DNA of 64,000 nt from Zootoca vivipara (taxonomy: Eukaryota). Position numbers and translations under genes: made by a program. How positions within the stretch are numbered: position 1 is the stretch's first letter; the number at the start of each line of letters is the position of its first letter. This document shows positions 23,195-35,600 of this stretch, one piece after another. The notes under the pieces are model-generated. The model saw only the letters and a list, made by a program, of their open reading frames with translations. It did not search any database and was not told where the DNA came from. The stretch is taken from contig NC_083294.1 of assembly GCF_963506605.1 (NCBI RefSeq), positions 9,610,001 through 9,674,000 on the forward strand. The letters run 5' to 3'.

Positions 23195-23684
23195 ATGGAG
23201 AGAAAGGACTTTGAAGCATGGCTTGATAATATTTCTGTTACGTTTCTCTCTCTAACGGACTTGCAGAAAAATGAGTCATTGGATCACCTGATTAGCTTGA
23301 GTGGGGCTATCCAGCTCAGGCACCTCTCCAATAACCTAGAGACCCTCCTCAAACGGGACTTCCTCAAACTTCTCCCGTTGGAACTCAGTTTTTATTTGTT
23401 AAAATGGCTTGACCCTCAGACCTTACTCACGTGCTGCCTTGTCTCTAAGCAATGGAACAAGGTCATAAGTGCCTGTATGGAGGTGTGGCAGACTGCCTGT
23501 AGGAAACTGGGCTGGCAGATTGATGACTCTGTCCAAGATGCTTTGCACTGGAAGAAGGTGTACTTGAAGGCCATCTTAAGGATGAAGCAACTAGAGGACC
23601 ACAAAGCCTTTGAGACCTCCTCACTGATTGGACACAGTGCCAGAGTGTACGCACTTTACTATAAAGATGGACTTCTTTGTACAG
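23195..23684 (+). CDS. FBXW2: FBXW2 coding exon 1 (acceptor at 23174/23175)
   Basis: MERKDFEAW...F-box...KDGLLCT; donor G|gtagga. Confidence 0.97.
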
Positions 23685-26600
23685 GTAGGACGGCCCAAAT
23701 GGCTTGGGTGTAGTGGTGTGATGAGAATTAGTGTTGTGTATGTGTGTGAGAGGGCTGTGAGCCAGGAAGTCACCAATTTACTTATTTATTTCACAAAATG
23801 TATACGCTTGGTTTTTTCAAAATACATCAAAAGATAAAACAATAAAATTATACCTAGAAACACGTACAATAGTACAGGCAACTTCCCACTTATGTGGGGC
23901 TTACATCCCCCCCCCCCAAACATAAGTGAAATGTACGTAAGTGGGGAGCTTGAGTGGCTTTGTTTTCTCTTCTCCCCCCCCCCCACACACACATCCACTT
24001 TTGTTTGGAAGGAAAGGAGCAGAACAAGGGCAATCTAAAGGGTAATGAAGACCCCCTTCCTCCCCTCTTCACCTTCAATCTTGGCAGGAAGGATAGGGAA
24101 GCCGCGCAGCTGAGTCCGCTGCAAGGAACAGCTTCCTGCCTTTCAGCTTCCCACACACAATTTTGGAACCTGCAGCCCTTTTGACACATTTAAAAGCTTT
24201 TGTTCTTCATTAGGTGGATATAGAAGGGATTTTTTCCAGGGGAGCCCCCGCCCCTCACCAGAGAGGCTGGGAAAGCCGCACAGACAGGACTTGTGAAGCG
24301 GCTTTCCCGATTCTCAGCTGGTGAGCATGATGGTCTTTTTCAAGCCTTCATAATCTATAGAAAAAAATCATTTTCCAGGGTGGGTCTCCTCTCAAGCCAT
24401 GGGGACTCTCCTGCCATTTCCCGGTTTGAATAGAATTATTTCCAATTTCCCAGTGCGTGTATACGATTTCACATGAGTTGAATACGCGTAAGGGGTGGTG
24501 CCTGTACTTTAAAACACACAAAACTTTGAAATGCTAAAACAAGTTAAAACTCACATCAACTTTCTAAGCATCTGGGTAGGCTTGTCTAAACAAGAATATA
24601 TTTAGCAGGCACCTAAAAGAATACAGTACAGTGAAGGCAGCTGCTTGCTATTAATAGGCAGGGAGTTCCAAAGTGTAAGTGCTGCCACAGTAAATGATTG
24701 AGTTCTTACAAATGCAGAATGGGTATTATGTGGCACCTGTGGTAGTACCAGTTCCTCTGATTGAAACGGTCAAGTGGGCGCACTTGGGGTAAGCTGATCT
24801 CTTAGGTAAACTGGCCCCAAATTATTACTGCCATTATATACTGATGATAACACCTTGAACTTGCCTTGGTCACAAATTGGCAACCAGTGCAGATCACTGA
24901 ACAGGCACTATATGCTGACAATGCCTCACTCCTGTCAGCAATCATGCTGCAGCATTCTGCAGTAACTGCAGCTTCCGGATCAGGTGCAAAGGAAGCCCCC
25001 GCCCCAAAATAGAGCATATTACAATCTTGAAGTAACCAATGCATGATCTAATGTGGCCAGACTTTCCCAGTTCAGGAATGTCTATAGCTGTTGAACCAGT
25101 TACAGTTGGTAAAAGGCACTTCCAACCACTGTATATACCTGAGCCTCCAGTGACAGAGCTGGATCCAGAACACTCCCAAACAGCGAACCTGCTCCGTAAG
25201 GGGGAGTGCAAGCCCGGCAAGGACAGGCAATTAACCATTTGCTGTAGTGAAGATGTTAGTGTGTGGATTCCTAGGAATAGTTAAAAGGGCAAGGGGGATG
25301 GTAACTGTTGGGATCAGTTAATTGAAATCGAATTACTATCAAGTGACTCTAGGTTTAAGATCCTTTCCTGGAACATTGTGGGCTGGAGGAAAAAGGCCAA
25401 TGACCCTGAATTTATTAATTTTATTATATCTTTTGATGTTATTTTACTAGAAGAAACGGGGACTCGTTTCAAAATCAATTTGATGGGATATAAATCACAT
25501 TCTATTTTAGCCCACAAATTCTAACCCTTCTTTCTGCGTGGCAGACTAAACTTAAAATCACCCCCCTCAAGACTTTTGAGGGATTTTGACCACCCTTTGG
25601 AACTTTGTATTGTGAAATAAAAATAGTGAAGAAGAAAAGATTGGTAACAACTGGATTGACTGTCTGTTAAGCATTCGGAAGAGGAAAAAAACTGGAGTTG
25701 GAGGTAATGGAACTGAGGATTGGTAGGATGGACTCCAGGAAGAATAATTTGTTTAGTGGGGAGGATGGAGAGGAGATACAGATTTTGTTGAGATTACATC
25801 AATCCACCCCCTTGAAGCTTAAAGTTGGAAATATTGTAAGAACAGTGAAAGGGACAGGATGGACCATAGTGTATACCATCTTGATGACCTCTGAGACTTT
25901 CAGACAGAAAAGAAGAGATGTGGATTGTGTTCATTTATTAATGATGTGGCTGTATGTAAAATTGAGTATTAAATGTGGTGAAATATGAAGGGTGGGTGAC
26001 GCTGGAAGATTGGCAGTCTTAGAGGTGGGGAATGTATATTATATATTTATATTTTTTATAAAAATTCCAGGGGCTTCATTTTCACCCTCTGCACGTCGCA
26101 CCAGTGAGGCTGAGTTGTTGATTACTGGAGCCAGATGTCAGACAGCAATGTTCAAGGACATGTTAGGGAGGAATGTGCATATGTTGTCTGGGAGGAAGCA
26201 AGATCTGTTTTTCCCAGGCAACGTGTTACTCAAGAGGTATCAGAAGGAAATGTTTGAAAATTGATGAATGACCATTATAGATAAATAAGGATTTACTCTA
26301 CTCAACTATTTTGAGGACAGGTTATAACAATGTATGAAAGTCATAGCAGAAATTTGTAATTATGAACAGGTGATGTGTAGGGAGAAGGGATAAATGTATT
26401 TTGAAATGATAGTTGGAAAAGTTATTTTATTGGGAGCAACAAGGGAGGGAGGAAAATAGAGGGGACATCTGGGGTGGGTGCGAAGTCAGCTTTTAAATTT
26501 GTATTGAATTTGCATTAATTTGGTGACCATTTGTAAAAAATACGGTAAAAAGAATTGGCAAAAAAAGAATCACTCCCCTCAAGACATGTGATAGCATTGT

Positions 26601-29600
26601 GCAGGCTTTTCTACTGAGTTTTTAAATTTTAGTTTTAATCATAATTAATGTATATATTCCTCCCTGCTCTAGCAAGCAAAAACTATTGGGTTATTGGAAC
26701 CATCTTACCCTATTCCTTGAGGAATTAGAATTGCAATTTCCCACTACAGTATATACTTGTCAGTCATGGGTGATTTTAATGCAAGAGTGGGCAAGGATAA
26801 TCTTTTTTTAATAAATATTTTTATTAATTTTATATTATCAAACAACAACAAAAAACACACTCACAAATGTACATAAACTTAACACACTTAACACACTTAC
26901 GAAAAAACAATAAAACAAACAAGGAGAAAAGAATAATTATATAAATCATTACATTATCCATCTCATTACTATGGGACTTCCCTCATCCCCTTTCTCTGAG
27001 TTTCACATTTTAGATTATTACTTAGCAGGTTCATCTTAAAAGTATGATTCATAGCAGTCTCTATCTTTCCTTTCTATCCTAGTTTCTATTTTTCATCTGT
27101 ATTGCCAAAAGTCTATATTTAGCATCCGTAAGGTTTAATTATATCTTACAACAATCCTTTAAGTAGTCTCTAAATTTCTTCCAATCTTCTTTTACCTTCT
27201 CCTTCTGGTCATGGATTCTTCCGGTCATTTCGGCAAGTTCCATAAAGTCCATCATCTTTATCTGCCAGTCATGAACTGTAGGCATATCTTGTAATTTCCA
27301 AAATTTTGCAATCAGTAAGCTAGCTGCGGTTGTGGCATACAAAAAGAAGATTCTATCTTTTTTAGGGATCTCATCACCAACTATTCCAAGCAAAAAGGCT
27401 TCTGGTTTCTTTATGAATGTGTTTTTAAACACCTTTTTAAATTCATTATATATTTTTCCCCAGAAGTCTTTTATCTTGGGGCAAGTCCACCACATATGGT
27501 AAAATGTACCTTCTTTTTCCTTACATTTCCATACATTTTAGCTAATTTAACAGGTGTTAAATACCAACGGTACATCATTTTCAACAAATTCTCTTTCAAT
27601 ACGGTAAAGGTAAAGGGACCCCTGACCATTAGGTCCAGTTGTGACCGACTCTGGGGTTGCGCGCTCATCTTGCATTATTGGCCGAGGGAGCCGGCGTACA
27701 GCTTCCAGGTCATGTGGCCAGCATGACAAAGCCGCTTCTGGCAAACCAGAGCAGCACATGGAAACGCTGTTTACCTTCCCGCTGTAGCGGTTCCTATTTA
27801 TCTACTTGCATTTTGATGTGCTTTCGAACTGCTAGGTTGGCAGGAGCTGGGACCAAGCAACGGGAGCTCACCCCGTCACAGGGATTCGAACTGCCGACCT
27901 TCTGATCAGCAAGCCCTAGGCTCAGTGGTTTAACCACAGCGCCACCATTTCATAGTTTTCTTCCACAATATTTCCCAATCACTTATAATATTATGTCCCA
28001 GGCAAGGATAATCTTCAGCTTGGTGACACCTCACTAGGGCTGGGTGATATCAGCTTTTCAACGTTGTGGTGTATCACAAGCCAAACATCGCAGTCTGGCA
28101 AAATACCACAATGTTGAAAAAACAAGCTGCATTGGCCTCAGCCTGCAAGGCGCTGGGTGAAACTGCCGCAGCTCTCACAGCTCAGCTGGGGCGCAGGTGT
28201 GGGCTCCTGTTCCTCAGCTGACCCAGCCGAGGTGAAATCGCTGCTGCTCCTGAGTCCCTCTGATACCAGCAGCCTAATGTTGAAAGCGGTGCTGGTAGCA
28301 GAGGGACTCAAGAGAGGTGATGGTTTCACCTGTTATATACCACTGGGTGAAGTTGCTGTTTCATATACAGTGCTACCTTGGTTTTAGAACAGCTTAGTTT
28401 ATGAGCAACTTGGAAATGGAGCGCTGCAAACCCGGAAGTAGGTGTTCCGATTTGTGAACTTTGCCTTGGAAGCTCAATATGTCCCACTTCCTGTTGAGTG
28501 TGTTCCATTTGTAAATCAACCCCCCCCCCCTGTTGAGTCTGTCAGCTGCTGAGTCCCAAGCACCCATGCAACACAGAGGTATTATTTGGAGCCTTTGTTT
28601 TTGCTTTAAAAAATGGTGTTTTTGTTTGTGTGGCTTTTTCATTTTTTGACTGTGACCTGTTCTTTGTTTTGTGGGACTGGCTTGTGACTTTGTTTTTGTG
28701 ACTGTGTGGAACCCAGTTCAGCTACTGATTGATTGACTGATTGTGTGACAGCAGAAATGGATAAAAGCCCCCCATCCAAACAATGACTATCATCAGTTCA
28801 CATAAGGGAAAAAATATTTTTAATTTTTATCATCTACAATACTGTCTTATTTATTTTATACTACAGTAAATTGATTATTGCTTTCATTTTATGGATCAAT
28901 GGTCTTGTTAGATAGTAAAATTCATGTTAAATTGCTGTTTTAGGGGTTGTTTTTAAAAGTCTAGAATGGATTAATCCATTTTGCATTACTTTCTATGGGA
29001 AAGCACGCCTTGGTTTTAGAACACTTTGGAACAGACTTCTGGAACGAATTAAGTTTGGGAACCAAGGTACAGTACCACTAAATAGCACAGAAGGCTGAAA
29101 AACACACTCCTAGTGCTATGCGCTGGTCTTGATCCTGAAGATAAGATTGGAACCGCTGTAATAGTGTCCCTGATTCGCATTCCCCGGAGGCAACCAAGAA
29201 GGATACTATGCTCAGCGCTTTCAAAAGCTGATGAGAGATCAAAAAGCAGGAGTAACGTTGCACTCCCTTGTCCCATTCGCTACAAAGAAGGCAACCTATA
29301 TTCTAAGTTCTACGTAGATTAAACCCTTTGAAATTAATATACCTAAGTTAATTGCAGCCATGAATTTCAGTTGGTCTACTATGAGTAGCACTAATGGCTC
29401 CCAGTCTGTTGCTAGTTAACATTCTACCTGTTTGCATAGAATTGTTGAGTTGGAAGGTACCCCAAGGGTCATCTAGTCCAATCCACTGCATTGCAGAAAT
29501 CTCAACTAAAGCTTCCATGGAAGATGACCATCCAACCTCTGCTTAAAAACCTCCACCTTCTGCGAAGCGCACAGAATGCTTCTGCACATGCACGCGCAGC

Positions 29601-32600
29601 GGAACCCGGAAGTAAACACTTCCAGGTCCGCCTTGTTCGCAACCCGCAGCGCACGCAACCCAAGGTATGACTGTATTGTGAATCTTTTCCTCCATGAATT
29701 TGTCTGCTGCTCATTTAAAAGCATCCAAGTTGCCACTGCTTCCTGTGGGAGCAAGTGCCATAGTTCAACTATTCACCATATGAAATAGTACTTTTTAAAT
29801 CTGTCCTGGATCTTCCAATATTCAGCTTCATTGAGTGGGCTGAGGCTGGGAGGCTTGTCTAAAGCTGCTTAGTGACATTATAGCAAGACCAAGATCTGAA
29901 TAGAAGATTTGGTGATTCACAGCTCCCCATAGGCCATGGTAATGGTCAGGCTCTGCTCCATGGATCCCAGACCTTGTTCTAGCCACAAGCTTTCACTAAC
30001 GTTGTAGAAATGTATTTGATAAAAGCATGCAGTATCTGTATTTGGACACTACAATAAGCTATGGTTTGTTGTGATAGGAACAGGCCTGGTCCCCCTTGAC
30101 AGATGCAAGGACAAGCTTTGAAGCTTTTGCTTCTATTTAACTGCAGCTTGCCATCTTGCAGAAACCCAATACATTGTGATTCATTTTTACTATGTTGCAA
30201 CAAACCAGCATCAGACCACTGTTTATAAAGTTGGCTTATTTCCACAGATTGTAATTATGTGTAGAGACACTTTACAGTTCATGTGTCCTACTAAACTGTG
30301 GCTAATAAGAAGCAAAAGTTTCCAATTTCCTTGCACCAGAGTGCAGAGGAGTAGTCTAATCTTGTTGCTATAGTTTATTGTGATGTTTGTACACAGCCAA
30401 TGTGTGCTAATATTAAAGAAAATCCTCTTCGCCATTCTAAAACCTACAGCACATTCTGAGGAGGAGGCTGCTCCTTCGGCTTCACACCAGTCTTCCATAC
30501 AAATTCTCCTACCCTGCCTTGGATCTGCTGTGGAGTGTGGATCTCCCTGTGAGGGTGGCTTTTCCCACCTTTTTTTGCCTTAAAACCAAATGTTCAAATT
30601 ATCCATTAATGAAAGGGCAGCAAGGGGACAGGCAGCATTGATTTGGTTATACAAAAAGCAGCTGACCTAATATAAATAATCATTTCTGTTTTGAAAAGTG
30701 GAGGATTTATTTGCAAGCCAAAGTTCTTAATCCTTTGAGATTTCCTACTAGCGAGAGAGTTAATTGTCACAGATCCTATCGTGTGTGACCAAAAGCTTCA
30801 TCTTCCACTATTGAAGGCTAATGATTTTGCATGACTAGGACTTTCTGTTCTGCACCAATCACCTTACTTCCCAAATCAAAATTCTCGTTTGCTTAATTGT
30901 GCTCACTTGTTCTGCATCATAAACTCAGGCTTGGAAATCTTTGTCGATGACAGGAAGGGCATGGATATATTTCTGAGTTTTCCCCCGCATGCATGAGAAC
31001 TAGAAACTTGTTATATTTTTAAATGCCAAGCAGAGGTCCCCCCACAAGATATTCAATATAGTTTTAAAGCAGGAGTGTCTTTCCTTCTTGGGTCGAGGGC
31101 TGCATTGATCTGTGTGCATTCCTCCAGGGGCCACTTATCAAAGTGAGCACAGCACAGAAATAATAAATGACCAATTTTGAGGGATCTTGGAGGAGATCAC
31201 AGAAAATTTTCAGCAGAACAATATCATGGTGGGGTACTTTTGGGAGCAGAGAGCAGTCAGCAGGGTTAACTTCTTCATTGTAAAATTGGGATGGGGGGGT
31301 TCTTAGATACCTTTTTAAGAAAGTTTGACATCACAACTTTAAAGCTCTCTTGTTCCAATAATTCCCGAATTAAATGGTATAGAAGAACAGCTAAAGTGCC
31401 AATTCCCATGTGCCCAATAACTTGCCTGAATAGTGTCTCTGTGTGTCTCTGTGTGTGATTGAGTGCTCAACTTTCCCTCCTTCCATTCAGCCCCTGGGTA
31501 GGTAATTTCGCACTGTGGTTTTAGGGATGATCAAATTATTCAAGGCACTCTTTTGTGGCGGACTTGCTCTCTGCACCCAATTTGCCCTGTTGCACTTACG
31601 TATGACCCATTGGTCTAGGCATGCCTTGGGATCAGAGTGGAATAAGTACTAATACAGAAACACTAAGGCCACTCCTCTTTGACTGGGTTATTTTTCTTTT
31701 CATTTGTTATGAAAGTAAAACAGTTTTAGGTGTTAAAAAAAGGCCTCCAAATTTTGATCAGATGTTTGGAAAACAGTGAGACAGACCCTAACCAGTGACT
31801 GTTTCTGGATGGGTCACTGAGAAGCTTAAGTAGTACCGGTAGCTGGCCAAGTAGTGAAACTATGGCTGATCTGAACACAATTCTCCCAGGTCCTGGTTGG
31901 ATGCCATTGTTTTGTGGATTATGTTGGATGCTTTCTGAACCTTCTGACTTCTCAGCCACTAAACGACACTTCATTTCTTCCTTTCCGACTGCAGGTTCAG
32001 ATGACTTGTCTGCAAAGCTGTGGGATGTGAGCACAGGGCAATGCATCTATGGGATTCAGACCCACACCTGTGCAGCAGTGAAGTTTGATGAACAAAAGCT
32101 GGTCACGGGCTCCTTTGACAACACAGTAGCCTGCTGGGAGTGGAGCTCAGGAACTAAGACCCAGCACTTCAGAGGCCACACGGGGGCAGGTGTGTCGGGG
32201 TCCTCAGGAATACCTGAAGCCCTTTAGATCATTTCAAGCAATATCTGTCTGCAAGCTAGCCCTGCTAAACATCTTCCCTAGTTTAGCAGCTACCCTACTC
32301 ACTCTCCTTGTTGGATCAGGCTAGTTGCCCATCTAGTCCAGCATATTGTTCTCACTGGCAAACCAGATGCAAGCAGGACCTGAGCACAAGAGCACTCTCC
32401 CTTCCTATGGCTACTGGTATTCAGAAGCTTTGCTGCCTCTGACTGTAGAGGCAGAGAATAGTCATCATGGCTACTCACCATTGATAGCATTTTCCTCCAT
32501 GAATTTGTCTAATCCTCTTTCAAAGTCATCCAAATTGGTGGCCATCACTGTCCACAGCAGGTGCAACTTCCTGTTATGAGAGAGGGAGAAAAACTTCTCT

Positions 32601-35600
32601 TATCTACTTTGTCCACCCCAAGCATAATTTTGTAAACTTCTATAAGGTCTTACTTGCCTTTTCTCTAAACTAAAATGTTCCAAATGTTGCACCTTTCCTC
32701 ATGGGAGTTACTCCATCCCCTTGATCATTTTGGTTGCCCTTGGAGGCCATGCTTTCCATCAAGTCCCGAGTGGCCCATTGTAAGGTGTCAGCATGGATGT
32801 TAAAGTCCCCTAGGACAACCAAACTAGGTGTCTCCAGGAAAACATCCACCATGACCTGAAGCAGCTTGGGCAGGGAATCCTTGGCGCAGCGGGGAGGTCG
32901 GTACTCCAAAAGGAATCCTGTACTGCCCCTATTGCCCAACTTCCAGAACATGCACTCAGAAAACTGGGTCTTCCCAATAGGACACCTGGTGTAAGCTAAT
33001 GACTTCCTAAAAATCACTACAACCCCCCCCCACCCCACCCCATATGACCTGGATTGCTGCGCATAAGAGAAACCTGGTGGACAAGCAGTGGCAAGAATAG
33101 ACCCATCTGCCTCATCCAACCAAGTGCCTGTTACACATGCCAGATATGGCTGGGAGAGACTCCCTGTTTGAAACCCTCGAGAGCCGCTGCCAACTCATGC
33201 AGACAGTCCTGAGCTACATGAACCAATAGCCTGGCCCAGAATAAGACAGCTTCCTAGGCAAGGGATCCCCCTCCCCTGGCTGTAGTTCTCTAGCTCTAAT
33301 CATTGGGTAGGCATTGCCTAAGTATCTAAGTATTACCTGGCTATCCTTCCAAACTTGTAAATTCTGCACCCCTATTACATGGAAGGGGAAACACTAAATT
33401 TCAAGGAAGCCAAATCAATACAACTGCAGTGTGTGTGCAATTGACTCACAATTGCACACACACACATCCCAAAATAACTGCATGGTTACTTTGATCTGAC
33501 TCGGTATAGAGACCAGCATGGCCAATCTTTTTTAAAGTTCCCTTTTCTTTTTTGGCTTTTGTAGTTTTCAGTGTTGATTACAATGACGAGCTCGACATCC
33601 TGGTCAGTGGCTCAGCGGATTTCACTGTGAAGGTCTGGGCCTTATCAACGGGAGTGTGTCTCAATACACTAACAGGGCACACGGAATGGGTCACAAAGGT
33701 AGGCTGGGTTAGCTCCCTTCCTGTTTCGCAGTGGGTGTCATTTATTTATAGTTGCATTTATATCCCACCTTTCCTCAAAAAGCTCAAGGTGGCATACGTA
33801 GTTCTCTCCTTTTGTCCAATTTTATCCTCATAACAACCCTGTGAGGTAGGTAGGTTAGGTTGTAAGATAGCAGTTGGCCCAATGTCATCTGAGTGGGGAT
33901 TTGAATTCTAATTTCCCACGTCCAGTGCTCTATCTGCTACACCACAGTGGCTAAAATTTAACTACAAACCATTTGAGGTCCAAACTTATTTGCCAGCTTT
34001 GCATATCTGGTGGTAGAGGGCAAGCCTACCACAGGCAGGAATATAGGTAATTGCTTTTTGCTGAGTCAGACCACTGGGTCCATCTAGCTTGCCTACACTG
34101 ACAGGCAGTGGCTCACCAGGGTTTCAGACCTTGTGTCTCTCCCAGGCCTACCTGGAGATGGCAGGGATTGAACTTGGGACGTTCTGCATGCAAAGGAAGA
34201 ACTCAGAGCTACAGTTGCTGGTTCCCAACATGTGGAGGAAACCATGATGTGCATGCAGCATTCTATATTTTTTCTTTATGTAATACCATTAGTACACATG
34301 ATGGTTTATAGAGCACAAGAGGATCAATCCCTGCTCTTAAGAAGCTTACAAAAATTCAACATAGGGAAACAAGGAAAAAGAAGGAGGCGGAAACAGAAAG
34401 TGAAGCAGTGTGTGGTTGTTTCAGTTACATCCTTAAAGCAGGGTTGTGCAATAAGCTTTACAGGAAAAAGTGGGTTTCAATACAGCATAAATCAGTTTGT
34501 GTAAGAATGTGTAACAACAGAGATCATTCTGAAGTAAGAACAAGAAAATCTGTTCCAGCTGCACAGTGGGTTAGTTGGATACAGTGCACAGCCTCCATTG
34601 TGGCTTCTCTTTCTCGGACATAATAGAGCAGGATCTGGCATTTCTTATAGTGAGATAAGATTTCTACCTCCCAGGACATAAATGTATCTGAACAATCATT
34701 ACAGTGCTTTTTTAGTGACCTGTCTGACATTTTGCCTCAAGCCTTAGACAAACTTTGTTCCTACTGCAGGTGGTCTTGCAGAAGTGCAAAGTCAAATCTC
34801 TCATGCACAGCCCTGGGGATTACATCTTGTTAAGCGCAGATAAATACGAAATCAAGGTATGTATAGTCTCAGCTTCATGGAGCTCCAGAAATCAGGGGAA
34901 ATTGCAGATGTAAATAAATTCTGGAAAGTCACAAGCCCTTGCTGGATCAGACTAGATATGTACAAATCTGAATCTGACTAGGAAGCTGCCTTATGTTGAC
35001 TATCAGTATTGTCCACACTGACTGGCAGCAGTTCTCCAGGGTTTCAGGTAGTGGACATTACTAGCCCTACCTAGAGATGCCAGAGGATTGAACATGAGAA
35101 GTTCTGCCTGCAAAGCACATGCTCTGTGGTCCTTCTCCCTAATGGATCCTAAGGGGTGAATTATTCTGTCCATTGTCTACCAGCTGCTTGGTAGGTAGAA
35201 GGTTTTTTCATAAGCATGTCAAGAGGCAGGTTTTAGAGGATGAGGCTTCCCTTCTGTAGAAAACAGAAGGAGGAAAATAATATTTATTGCAGCCATAGGC
35301 CAACATAAGGTAAAAGCACCTACTTCGCATGACTAACGTGGGTACATTAATTTCAGTGGGTCTACTCCAAGTAGAATGTTGTTGCATACAGCCCAATGCT
35401 GGGTGCCTATTAATAAAAAATGGTTTTACCATGAAGGCATCCAAGCGAAATTTACCCTCAGAGAATGTTTTAGGGCCTTCCATCAAAACCCTAATCCAAC
35501 CACCAAAATTGAACTACAATCCAAAAAAAAGAACTATAAAGAGCTGTTAAAAATATAAAAAAGAGCTGCAGACTCCCTTATTTGGCAGGCCCTCATTAAA

